This document shows, one piece after another, positions 53,461 through 62,027 of a DNA stretch of 64,000 nucleotides (position 1 is the stretch's first letter; every line of letters begins with the position of its first letter). The notes under the pieces are model-generated. The model was not told where the DNA came from, did not search any database, and was given only the letters and a program-made list of their open reading frames with translations. Location: contig JALNYO010000010.1 of assembly GCA_023229765.1 (NCBI GenBank), positions 40,003 to 104,002 of the forward strand. The letters run 5' to 3'. The position numbers were made by a program, and so were the translations under genes. This stretch comes from Syntrophales bacterium. GTDB lineage: Bacteria; Desulfobacterota; Syntrophia; Syntrophales; UBA5619.

Positions 53461-55305
53461 ATGGCAGAAGAAAAAAAGTTTCCTTATGCAGAAGAAGTAA
53501 AGTTCCCGCCGGCAATGGCAGGCTGGGAGGAGATGTACCCGCCGCATCGTTTATTCAGCAGTGATAGAGATGATTGGGAAAAGAGGCATTTCTGGTATCA
53601 GGATAAGATCCATGATCCGGAAGCGCTGTATCCGCTCGATGATATCTTCAATGAGGCATGGCAGATATCTCTTTCCCAATATACCACGAGGGTTTTCTGT
53701 ATCCCTCCTGCCCAGGGGGTGCAGCAGAGGATGTTAGGCTGCTATATGTATATATCGGCTGTTGAACCGCCGCCGCCAGAGGTTATCGGAGAAAAGGCGG
53801 AAGTTTTTGGGAAAAGGCTGCCCTACATCCTGCAGAATTACGATATGCTATGGGAGAAATGGCTTGAGAAGTTCAAGGCTCTCGGAAGGGATATGCAAAA
53901 TGTAAAGGTGCCGGAAGAACTTCCAAAGTATGTGCCGGATGAGGATATTTTCCCTGTGACAAAAGGCTATACCCCGGCGTATGAAGTGATAGCGGCGTTC
54001 AATACATTAGTAAACCAGATATTTTTAGGATGGCAGTACCACTTTGAGTATCTGAACCTCGCTTACCTTGCCTATCTGATGTTTGTGGATACAGCCAAAA
54101 AATTATTCCCGGGTATAAAAGAGGGCGCGGTTATGAAAATGGTTGCTGGCATTGATGCAGCCATGTTCCGCCCTGATGAAGAGTTGTGCAGATTAAGCAG
54201 ATTGGCTGTGGCGCAGCGGCCTGTTGGCGACATTCTTAAAAAGAATATATCGGCTGACGAGAAGATGAAAGAATTGCAGAGCACACACGAGGGCCGGGCA
54301 TGGCTGGAGGAGCTTGAGAAGATAAAGGATCCATGGTTCTTTGTATCCTGTGCAAGCGGCTGGTTTCACTATGAAGGTAGTTGGATAACCAAACTGGACG
54401 TGCCTTTCAGCTATATGCAGAGCTACGTGGAAAGGCTTGAGAAAGGGGAAAAGATCGAGCGGTCGTTCGCGGCCATCGAAAAAGAGAGGGAAGGCATTGT
54501 TGAAGAGTACAAAAAGCTCATAATGGCTGAGGATGATAGAAAGTCTTTTGAAGATGCCTATAATGCGGTCAGAACAATATATCAGTTCACCGAAAACCAC
54601 ATCTTCTGGGTAGAGAACTGGTTCCATACGATATGGTTCGATAAGGTAAGGAAGTTTGGAAATCTGCTGGTAAAGTATAATGTATTGAAGAAGACGGACG
54701 ATATCTTTCTCTTCAATAGATTTGAAGTGCCAATGCTGCTGGAGGATATGGTGACCGCCTGGGCATTGGGCGTGGGCGCCCCTACGAGAAGTAAATACTG
54801 GATGGAGAAGGTAGAGAAGAGAGAAAAGATACTTGCGGCTGCAAGAGAATGGGAGCCTGTCCCCGGACTGGGAATGCCGCCTGAAGAGGTGTCAGAGCCA
54901 TTTACCGTGATGCTTTGGGGTATAACCAGCGACAAGGTTGAAGAGTGGCTGAAGGGCGCCGATTTATCTGCAAACGAAATAAAAGGATTTGCATCATCGT
55001 CAGGGGTTGTTGAAGGACCGGCAAGGGTAATCAAACTTGCCCAAAATATTGTTGAACTCAAAGCCGGCGAGATTCTGGTTTGTCCATCCACCAACCCATC
55101 ATGGGCGCCGGTCTTTACAAAGATAAAGGCTGCCGTGACCGACATTGGCGGACTTACATGTCACGCTTCCATAGTCGCGCGCGAGTATGGCTTGCCCTCT
55201 GTAACGGGCACTGGAGTTGCAACCTCAATCATTAAGACAGGCGACATATTAAGGGTTGATGGCGGTAATGGGATTGTCACAATAGTGAAAAGGGCAGGAG
55301 CTTAA
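53461..55305 (+). CDS. Phenylphosphate-synthase alpha-subunit-like protein (PEP-utilizing phosphohistidine swivel domain at C-terminus)
   Basis: 614 aa. The segments GWEEMYPPHRLF...FWYQDKIHDPEALYPLDDIFNEAWQISLSQYTTRVFCIPPAQG...CWQYHFEYLNL are colinear with my recollection of Thauera aromatica PpsA. The C-terminal GGLTCHASIVAREYGLPSVTG carries the phospho-His. Confidence 0.8.
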   Translation: MAEEKKFPYAEEVKFPPAMAGWEEMYPPHRLFSSDRDDWEKRHFWYQDKIHDPEALYPLDDIFNEAWQISLSQYTTRVFCIPPAQGVQQRMLGCYMYISAVEPPPPEVIGEKAEVFGKRLPYILQNYDMLWEKWLEKFKALGRDMQNVKVPEELPKYVPDEDIFPVTKGYTPAYEVIAAFNTLVNQIFLGWQYHFEYLNLAYLAYLMFVDTAKKLFPGIKEGAVMKMVAGIDAAMFRPDEELCRLSRLAVAQRPVGDILKKNISADEKMKELQSTHEGRAWLEELEKIKDPWFFVSCASGWFHYEGSWITKLDVPFSYMQSYVERLEKGEKIERSFAAIEKEREGIVEEYKKLIMAEDDRKSFEDAYNAVRTIYQFTENHIFWVENWFHTIWFDKVRKFGNLLVKYNVLKKTDDIFLFNRFEVPMLLEDMVTAWALGVGAPTRSKYWMEKVEKREKILAAAREWEPVPGLGMPPEEVSEPFTVMLWGITSDKVEEWLKGADLSANEIKGFASSSGVVEGPARVIKLAQNIVELKAGEILVCPSTNPSWAPVFTKIKAAVTDIGGLTCHASIVAREYGLPSVTGTGVATSIIKTGDILRVDGGNGIVTIVKRAGA

Positions 55306-55306
55306 A

Positions 55307-55353
55307 GATGCACTTGTTGTCTGGGGGTACAAGAACAGTACCCCCAGTGCATC
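55307..55353 (+). other. Extended 16-bp hairpin immediately after the PpsA-like stop codon
   Basis: GATGCAC/GTGCATC (7 bp) and TGGGGGTAC/GTACCCCCA (9 bp) pair around the loop AAGAACA, with an 8-nt left bulge. No clear U-tract follows. Confidence 0.5.
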
Positions 55354-55478
55354 ATCAGAGGGTTTTGTTAATAGTGCCGGAAGGAAGGGATATTATTAAT
55401 CAGGAAGAATTATTGTCACTTATTGCGTGGTATTGCAGCAGAAAGTTCCAGCAAAAATAAAAAATAGGGGGGTGCATT

Positions 55479-56582
55479 ATGAATCAAAAAGGAGAAATTA
55501 CGCAGCCTTTATTGGGTATTTTGGGAACAGCGGTTGTATTTTTCATCGCCTTTGGCATTATCACCTGGTTTAAGCCAGAGACATTTATCCCCTGGGCAGG
55601 GGAGCTGGCCATGTGCCTCATCCCATTTTCCATCATCATAGGAATGGTCTGGAAAGCCGACTACCCGGCGCCCGCGGCAAAATTAGAGCAACCCTTGAAA
55701 GGGCTGTATCTTTTATTGTTAAACATGATCGTCGGGTCTGTTGTCGCTGCATGGTCGATCAAGACCGTGGGAGGCTTCGTGACGCCACCCACGCCGCCTC
55801 TTATATTCTTCACGATTATGACAGTTATTATGACATTTTGGTGCGTCGTTGTATGGGGCTGCTGGCCGGCATCCGGCATCAAGGGCGACCACCCCGCCTT
55901 CGTGGGTTTTGGCACGCTTATAGTTGCTTACGCATTATCCTGGATACTCTTCAAGACATTATTCAATTTTGATTTCATGAATGGCGCCCCTTTCTACGCA
56001 GCGGTTATGCCCCCAAGCGGAGCGTTTAATGCCTTTTCGAGCTTAGCCTTCTTTCTTACGGCCCTGGCCGTCATTCTGGCCTGGGTGGAACTCGACTTCT
56101 GGCCATTAAGCCTTATTCCGCCGAAGGCCCCTGCCTTTGGCAAACAACCCATCTGGGGAATTGTGGTCAGTATCGTGGCAATCATCAGCGCGTATATAAT
56201 CAAGGTGATTTTTGTAGATAACATGGGAATGGACGTGTTTGCATTCACTGTGAGAGTTCCGATCAGCATAATCTTTGGAGAGTTCATTATGCTTCTTTTG
56301 CTGCAGACTTCTCCGGTGCAGACTATGAAACAACCAGGAAAAGGGATAATCCTGATCATCCTCAATATCATTCTCGCAGTCGTCATGTACTATCTCTATC
56401 GCTGGTTCAGCTTGCTCATCGCCGGTCCTCTGCCAAGTGGAAGCGCCGCTGGTTATGTGCAGGAACTCTGGATCGCCACCGCACTTTTGGGCTTTACCTT
56501 TCCTGTTATTGCCGCTTACACGGGGTTTTTCAATTTCTGGCCGCTGACTGAGCCAAAACCGCCAGCGCCGCCAAAGGCGTAA
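55479..56582 (+). CDS. Polytopic membrane protein of unknown family (about 9-10 TM helices), Pro-rich C-terminal tail
   Basis: 367 aa, strongly hydrophobic throughout, ending in EPKPPAPPKA. RBS GGGGGG lies before the ATG. I recognise no family motif. Confidence 0.7.
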   Translation: MNQKGEITQPLLGILGTAVVFFIAFGIITWFKPETFIPWAGELAMCLIPFSIIIGMVWKADYPAPAAKLEQPLKGLYLLLLNMIVGSVVAAWSIKTVGGFVTPPTPPLIFFTIMTVIMTFWCVVVWGCWPASGIKGDHPAFVGFGTLIVAYALSWILFKTLFNFDFMNGAPFYAAVMPPSGAFNAFSSLAFFLTALAVILAWVELDFWPLSLIPPKAPAFGKQPIWGIVVSIVAIISAYIIKVIFVDNMGMDVFAFTVRVPISIIFGEFIMLLLLQTSPVQTMKQPGKGIILIILNIILAVVMYYLYRWFSLLIAGPLPSGSAAGYVQELWIATALLGFTFPVIAAYTGFFNFWPLTEPKPPAPPKA

Positions 56583-56640
56583 AGGGTAAGGAAGCTTGCG
56601 GATAATTAAAGGGGCTTGCGCCCTGAAGTCAAAGCAACCC

Positions 56641-56675
56641 GGAAGCGCGGTCGCCGTGCGACCGTGCTTCCCTAC
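56641..56675 (-). repeat. REP-like element (GTAG + palindrome), copy 3
   Basis: The minus strand reads GTAGGGAAGCACGGTCGCACGGCGACCGCGCTTCC, a 14-bp stem (one G-U) with a 3-nt loop. It lies between the membrane gene and the PpsB-like gene. Confidence 0.45.
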
Positions 56676-56698
56676 TGTATTCACCGACATAAGGGGGT

Positions 56699-57778
56699 AT
56701 GAAGATGGCGGAAAAATGGATATACTGGCTAAAAGATGTTTGTCAGGAACACAACAATATTATTGGTAAAAAATGCGCCAACCTTGGAGAGTTGACGAAG
56801 GCGGGGTTTAACGTCCCCCCTGGTTATGCCCTTGGCGTGGACGCCTACAGCAGATTTATGAACGAGACAGAAGCCACAAAACTTATATTGAAGTATTTAG
56901 AGGACTTTAAGGCTGATCCCAACGATTTGGCGGAGACCCTGAAATACGAAAAGGCGGCCCAGGATATAAGGGAAATTGTGGAAAGGATAAAAATGCCTCC
57001 TGATATGGAGGAGACCGTAAAAAGCCACTACGGGGAATTGTGCAAAATTGCGGGATGTGAAAATATATATGTAGCTACCCGTTCCGCAGGGCCTGCAAGC
57101 CATCCCGGGCAGTATGAGACATATTTGAATGTAAGCGGGGCAGATGATGTTGTTGCCAATGTGGTGCGCGTCTGGGGGAGCACGTTCAATGCCCGCTCTA
57201 TAATAGCAAGGGCAAGGCTCAATTTGCCGCTGCATTATGACCCGATAGGAGTGGCTGTATTGACAATGGTTGATGCAAAGGCGGCCGGGGTTATGTTTAC
57301 CATAAACCCTGTTAATGGCGATGTATTAAAGGTAGCGATAGAAGGGAGCTTCGGTTTTGGTGAAGCTGTGGTTTCCGGGAATGTAACGCCTGACAGGTAT
57401 CTGGTTGATAAAGTTAGTTTGACGATTGAAGAAAAGATAATTTCCGATAAGGGAAGTGAATTTGTCTATAACCCGGAGACCAAAGAGATGGAATATACAG
57501 AGCTGCCTCCGGAGCAAAGGAAGGCTCAGTGTCTGGAAGATAGAGAAGTTATCGAGCTTACGAGGATTGCGAAAAGGGTTGAAGCGCATTTCGGCTGCCC
57601 CCAGGATACAGAGTGGTCTATCTCGAGAAGCCTTCCCTTTCCGGATAATATCTTTCTGGTGCAGGCTCGTCCGGAGAGCGTGTGGGGCAAGAAAAAGAGG
57701 GGTTCTGTGCTTGGTAAAAAGACTGGGTTGGAGTTGCTGCTTGAAAAGGCTGTCACCCCAACTAAAGTTAGAATTTAG
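56699..57778 (+). CDS. Phenylphosphate-synthase beta-subunit-like protein (PEP synthase/PPDK N-terminal ATP-grasp domain)
   Basis: 359 aa. The sequence IGKKCANLGELTKAGFNVPPGYALGVDAY...DTEWSI is the PPDK_N nucleotide-binding domain. Its size matches the roughly 40-kDa PpsB type. Confidence 0.8.
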   Translation: MKMAEKWIYWLKDVCQEHNNIIGKKCANLGELTKAGFNVPPGYALGVDAYSRFMNETEATKLILKYLEDFKADPNDLAETLKYEKAAQDIREIVERIKMPPDMEETVKSHYGELCKIAGCENIYVATRSAGPASHPGQYETYLNVSGADDVVANVVRVWGSTFNARSIIARARLNLPLHYDPIGVAVLTMVDAKAAGVMFTINPVNGDVLKVAIEGSFGFGEAVVSGNVTPDRYLVDKVSLTIEEKIISDKGSEFVYNPETKEMEYTELPPEQRKAQCLEDREVIELTRIAKRVEAHFGCPQDTEWSISRSLPFPDNIFLVQARPESVWGKKKRGSVLGKKTGLELLLEKAVTPTKVRI

Positions 57779-57813
57779 ATTTGGAGCGTAGGAACAGAAG
57801 CGCAGGAGCGGCG

Positions 57814-59034
57814 ATGGAAGAGGATAGGGCAATTGCAGTAATAGGAACATTTGATTCGAAGGCGGAAGAACATCTGTTTCTGAGGGACGTCATTCAAGAG
57901 CGGGGTTTTAAAACAGCAATGGTTCACCTGGGGACAAAGGGGCCGTCCCCCTTTAAGGCCGACTATGACCTGTATGCGGACGTTATCGCCCCGAATCCGC
58001 GAAAAAATCTCAGCAGGGATGAGGCAATTGAACTGGTCATTGACCATGCCGGGCCATTAATCAGAAAACTGCACTCGCAGGGGCGCATTTGCGGCCTGAT
58101 ATCGGCCGGCGGAGGAACCGGAACGTATATCAGCACTGCCCTGATGCGTCAGCTCCCCATAGGAGTCCCCAAGGTGATGGTTTCTACCGTGGCGTCTCGC
58201 GATATGGCGAAAACTGTCGGCACCAAGGACATCACGATGATTCATAGCGTGGTGGATATTTTGGGCGTCAACAGCATTTCGGGCAGGATTCTGGATATGG
58301 CTGCCGGCGCCGTCTGCGGCATGGCCGCAAGGAAGTGGAGCCCCGCTTGCGAAAAGCCTCGAATTGCCATGTCTTTTTTTGGATTTGTCACACGTGCCGC
58401 AGAGAATATCAGGGGTCATCTGGAGTCGCAGGGATATGAGGTTATTCCGTTTCATGCCAATGGCACAGGTGGAACGGCAATGGAAGAGCTGGCCGCCGAG
58501 GGTTACTTTGCGGGTATCCTGGATCTCGCCACGCACGAGCTGGCCGATGAGCTGATGGGCGGATACTGCAAAGGGATCAAACCGAACAGACTGATGTCAA
58601 ACAATGGGAAGAGCATCCCGCGCCTGGTGATTCCCGGGGGGTTGGATTGCGCGGTCTTCGAGTTTACCCGCGAGACGATCCCCGCTGAATTTGCCGAGCG
58701 GAAGCTGTTTTTTTACGATTTTCGTTCCGCAATTCGCTTGGACTATCAGGAGACCGGGCAGATAGCTGCCCAACTGATCGAAAAACTGAATGCCGGCACG
58801 GCTTTGGTCAAGGTGCTTATTCCCAGTCGGGGCTGGTCCGAAGCTGATGGGGAAGCCTGCCCCTTATGGGATCCCGAGGTCAGTCAATCCTTTGTGGGCG
58901 CAATCAGGCAGGGGCTGCGTTCCGATATCAGCGTGATTGAGTCTGACAGCCATATTAACGATCCCTCCTTTGGCAGGCAGGCGGCGGAAGTAATGCACGG
59001 CATGGTTCAGCAGTCCGCATCTGAGCTTCTGTGA
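57814..59034 (+). CDS. UPF0261 (Tm-1-like N-terminal ATP-binding domain) family protein, copy 1
   Basis: The sequence reads MEEDRAIAVIGTFDSKAEEHLFLRDVIQERG...GGGTGTYI...VPKVMVSTVAS...HANGTGG. I prefer ATG 57814 (AGGAG 5 nt upstream) over the track TTG at 57781. Confidence 0.7.
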   Translation: MEEDRAIAVIGTFDSKAEEHLFLRDVIQERGFKTAMVHLGTKGPSPFKADYDLYADVIAPNPRKNLSRDEAIELVIDHAGPLIRKLHSQGRICGLISAGGGTGTYISTALMRQLPIGVPKVMVSTVASRDMAKTVGTKDITMIHSVVDILGVNSISGRILDMAAGAVCGMAARKWSPACEKPRIAMSFFGFVTRAAENIRGHLESQGYEVIPFHANGTGGTAMEELAAEGYFAGILDLATHELADELMGGYCKGIKPNRLMSNNGKSIPRLVIPGGLDCAVFEFTRETIPAEFAERKLFFYDFRSAIRLDYQETGQIAAQLIEKLNAGTALVKVLIPSRGWSEADGEACPLWDPEVSQSFVGAIRQGLRSDISVIESDSHINDPSFGRQAAEVMHGMVQQSASELL

Positions 59035-59035
59035 T

Positions 59036-60004
59036 TTAATCCCTGGTTGTTGGATAATATCCTGGCTGCACGCGTAGTCTGCTTATAATATCGGTGATAT
59101 CAGCGGATGCCATGTTCGCGGGGGTCATGTCAACCAGCATGTCTATGAACGCCTGAGCCGCCTTGGAAAGGGATTGGCCTCGGAGATAGGCAATGCTGAT
59201 ATTCATCCAAAGTTTGATATCGCCTATCGGGGCTGTAAGAATTTGGCCATTCTCAAGTTCCGCGGTCAACAGCGGTTTTACCAAAAAAGAAATCCCTTCG
59301 CCCCTTTTCACCATCTCGATTATTAGCCCATCATTGCTTGTCTCCATAAGAATATTGGGACTGAATTGATATTCAGCAAAAAACCTGTCGAGCACGCGGC
59401 GCGTGCCGGAACCGCCATGCTTCATGATTATTGGTTCCTGGCTGATGTCGTTCAGGGTTATGGATTCCTTTCCCGCCAGACGGTGGTCGGGGGCCATGAT
59501 GAGCATTATTTCTTCACGGGCAAAGGGGATAAATGTCAGATCAGTTCTGTTTTCAGGCGTGGCAATGAAGCCCACTTCGATCTGCAGGTCGTGCAGGCTC
59601 TGGGTAAGATCGGTTGAATTCCCTTCGTTTACATTTATCTTGACCAGGGGGTGCAGCAGATGAAAGGCATGGATAAGAAAGGGCATGATATATAGAGTGT
59701 ATGCCTTTGACGCCCCCACCCTCAGAACGCCTCTCTTTAATTGTCGCATGTCCTGGATGACATTTTCAATCTCCTTTTCATACTCAAACACCCGGAGGGC
59801 ATAAGCATAAAGGGTTTTTCCTTCATCGGTCAGGCACAGCCCCCGGCCTTTTCTCTTGAATAATTTTATATCGCAGCAGTCTTCAAGGGATTTTACCTGG
59901 GCAGTCACGGCCGGCTGAGTAATAAAAAGTTCTTTGGCCGCGAGGGTAAAACTCAAAGTTCTGGCAGCGTGATAGAATACCCGGAGCTGATTAAAATTAA
60001 GCAT
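59036..60004 (-). CDS. LysR-type transcriptional regulator
   Basis: 322 aa. The N-terminal HTH reads MLNFNQLRVFYHAARTLSFTLAAKELFITQPAVTAQVKSLE, followed by a C-terminal substrate-binding domain. It is transcribed divergently from the UbiD-like gene. Confidence 0.9.
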   Translation of the reverse strand: MLNFNQLRVFYHAARTLSFTLAAKELFITQPAVTAQVKSLEDCCDIKLFKRKGRGLCLTDEGKTLYAYALRVFEYEKEIENVIQDMRQLKRGVLRVGASKAYTLYIMPFLIHAFHLLHPLVKINVNEGNSTDLTQSLHDLQIEVGFIATPENRTDLTFIPFAREEIMLIMAPDHRLAGKESITLNDISQEPIIMKHGGSGTRRVLDRFFAEYQFSPNILMETSNDGLIIEMVKRGEGISFLVKPLLTAELENGQILTAPIGDIKLWMNISIAYLRGQSLSKAAQAFIDMLVDMTPANMASADITDIISRLRVQPGYYPTTRD

Positions 60005-60040
60005 AACCGATCAGTCCTCTTTAATATAACAATCAACCGG

Positions 60041-60062
60041 CTGATAATACTCTGATTATCAG
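60041..60062. promoter_or_regulatory. Perfect inverted repeat CTGATAAT-N6-ATTATCAG upstream of the LysR gene
   Basis: It lies 37-58 nt upstream of the LysR start codon (60004, minus strand). It is a candidate autoregulatory operator. Confidence 0.35.
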
Positions 60063-60124
60063 AGCGCTCAGCAAAACGGCAGAGTGCCTGTATTGATAAC
60101 TATGGAGATTTTCTATCGCTATTT

Positions 60125-60144
60125 ATAATTTATACTTATGGATA
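60125..60144 (+). promoter_or_regulatory. ATAA-N7-TTATGGATA (LysR T-N11-A type box), motif site 4 in the LysR/UbiD divergent region
   Basis: ATAATTTATACTTATGGATA has the same spacing as site 3. It is embedded in GCTAT-N19-ATAGC dyad symmetry. Confidence 0.45.
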
Positions 60145-60353
60145 GCATAAAAAAATTGAAATTGACAATTTTTTTTAAATCGGTAATCTAACAGTCACAT
60201 GGAAAAAACTGAATAAGCGGCAAACGTCAGCACCAATGTATGCTTCCCTGTAACGATTATTTGCAGCCCAAATTAATGATGTCGGTCCCGGCGACAAAAG
60301 GTTTTGTTCGCATATTGGCAGATTGAACCCATTTAAAGGAGGTATTGATTGCG

Positions 60354-61757
60354 ATGAAAGACATGAGAGATTTTATAGCGTTATGCGAAAAAGAAGGAAT
60401 TTTGAAGCGGATTACAGCCGAGGTTGATTGGAATCTGGAGCTTTCGACCATCGCGAAGGTCAACGAAGAGAAGGGTGGCCCGGCGCTCCTTTTTGAAAAT
60501 GTTAAAGGTTACAATACCCCGGTTCTGATGAGCGCCTTTGGCACGACCGAACGTTTGTCCCTGGTCATGGGCATGCCTATCGGCTCGACTCTGGTCGATC
60601 TGATGCGGAAATGGGTGGAAAAAGGGGGAATTAAGATTCCCCCCAAGTGGGTGGATAAGGCGCCCTGTAAAGAGAATATCCTCAAGGGCGATGATATTGA
60701 TCTGTTCAAGTTCCCGGTTCCCAAGTTTTATCCGCTGGATGGCGGTCGCTATTTCGGCACAGCCCACTATATTGTTTCGAAAGACCCGGATACGGGGTGG
60801 GTCAACCTCGGGACATACAGGGCGCAGCTTCTCAACAAGAATCACCTGGGCGTCCAGTTTATCAAAGGCAAGCATGCGGACATTATGCTGAAAAAGTATG
60901 CGGCGAGAAAACAATCCATGCCGGTTGCCTCGATCGTGGGGAGCGATCCGCTGCTCTTTCTGATGGGTGGGGCCCGTTTGTCGGCATTTGATTCCGAATA
61001 TGATTTTGCCGGCGCCTTGCGAGAGGAGCCGGTGGAGGTCATCAAGGGAGAAACGGTTGATTTGCCTATCCCTGCGCATGCGGAAATCGTTGTCGAGGGC
61101 GAGGTGGATCCCGAGGCCTTTATGGACGAAGGGCCTTTCGGCGAATATACCGGCTATTACTCCGGGGTGGGAACAGACCCACGTAATTTTATCAAGGTCA
61201 ACTGCATTACCCACCGGAACAATCCCATTTTCTGGGGAACTACCGTCGGCAAGGCTGTAACCGATACCCATATGACCCTGGCCTTGACATACGGGGCCAC
61301 TCTGTGGCAGCAGCTCGTTGCCATGAGGATTCCCGGCCTCAAGGCCGTTTACTGCCCTCCTGAAGCCGCGGGGAGATTCATAGCTATAATCTCCGTCAAA
61401 CAGATGTACCCCGGACATGCCGATCAGGTTGCCACGGCGGCCATCTCTACGGAAATGGGCGCCTATGGTCTCAAGACCGTCATTGTTGTCGATGACGATA
61501 TTGATCCTTGGGACATCCCCAGGGTCCTTTATGCGTTAGCTTTCCGCTTCCAGCCCAACCGATCGCAGGTCATCAAGCGTGGCCGCTCGACGCCGCTTGA
61601 CCCCTCGCTGCCGATTGACGCCCGGTGGATCACGGGGCGCTTGCTCATTGACGCGACTATCCCGTATGAATGGAAGGAGAAGCCGATCCCGGTCGAGCTT
61701 GATCCCGACGTCCTAAAAAGGGTAAAGGAGAGATGGTCGGAGTTGGGTTTGGCGTAG
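60354..61757 (+). CDS. UbiD-family prenylated-FMN-dependent (de)carboxylase
   Basis: The sequence reads MKDMRDFIALCEKEGILKRITAEVDWNLELSTIAKV...GGPALLFENVKGY...GPFGEYTGYY. I prefer ATG 60354 (AGGAGG 11 nt upstream) over TTG 60345. Confidence 0.85.
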   Translation: MKDMRDFIALCEKEGILKRITAEVDWNLELSTIAKVNEEKGGPALLFENVKGYNTPVLMSAFGTTERLSLVMGMPIGSTLVDLMRKWVEKGGIKIPPKWVDKAPCKENILKGDDIDLFKFPVPKFYPLDGGRYFGTAHYIVSKDPDTGWVNLGTYRAQLLNKNHLGVQFIKGKHADIMLKKYAARKQSMPVASIVGSDPLLFLMGGARLSAFDSEYDFAGALREEPVEVIKGETVDLPIPAHAEIVVEGEVDPEAFMDEGPFGEYTGYYSGVGTDPRNFIKVNCITHRNNPIFWGTTVGKAVTDTHMTLALTYGATLWQQLVAMRIPGLKAVYCPPEAAGRFIAIISVKQMYPGHADQVATAAISTEMGAYGLKTVIVVDDDIDPWDIPRVLYALAFRFQPNRSQVIKRGRSTPLDPSLPIDARWITGRLLIDATIPYEWKEKPIPVELDPDVLKRVKERWSELGLA

Positions 61758-61830
61758 TTCATGGCGTTAAGTTAAACGCATGCCCCCTCCCGTGGGAAGA
61801 AGTAATATCCCCCGGCGAGGGGCCTGATTT

Positions 61831-61962
61831 GTAACTATTCAGCACTTAAAAAAGATTGTCATCCCCGAGTGTCTCTATCGGGGATACGGGTTTAAAACCG
61901 GTACCATATTCCCGATTACACCCTCGGGAATGACAGATTTTATTATCATGCTGAATAGTTAC
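61831..61962. repeat. 14-nt perfect inverted repeat flanking MITE-like copy A
   Basis: GTAACTATTCAGCA (61831-61844) and TGCTGAATAGTTAC (61949-61962) bracket the element. Copy B is bracketed by a different 11-nt inverted repeat, AATTGCAAAAC (4284-4294) / GTTTTGCAATT (4416-4426). Confidence 0.5.
61856..61936. mobile_element. MITE-like element copy A (81 bp)
   Basis: The left end is TTGTCATCCCCGAGTGTCTCTATCGGGGATAC. The reverse complement of the right end is CTGTCATTCCCGAGGGTGTAATCGGGAATATGG. Each end contains a CCCGA...TCGGG hairpin. The left 30 nt are near-identical to the copy at 4298. Confidence 0.5.
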
Positions 61963-62027
61963 CATGATTTTTGATATCCGGCCTCCATTTCCTATCACGG
62001 CCGGACGACTTGGAGCGGAGGCAGAAG

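Noticed and set aside
59032-59038. Convergent UPF0261-1 and LysR genes end 1 nt apart with no terminator.
   Set aside because: The observation is real, but compact genomes commonly show such abutting convergent stops. Nothing supports a special mechanism.
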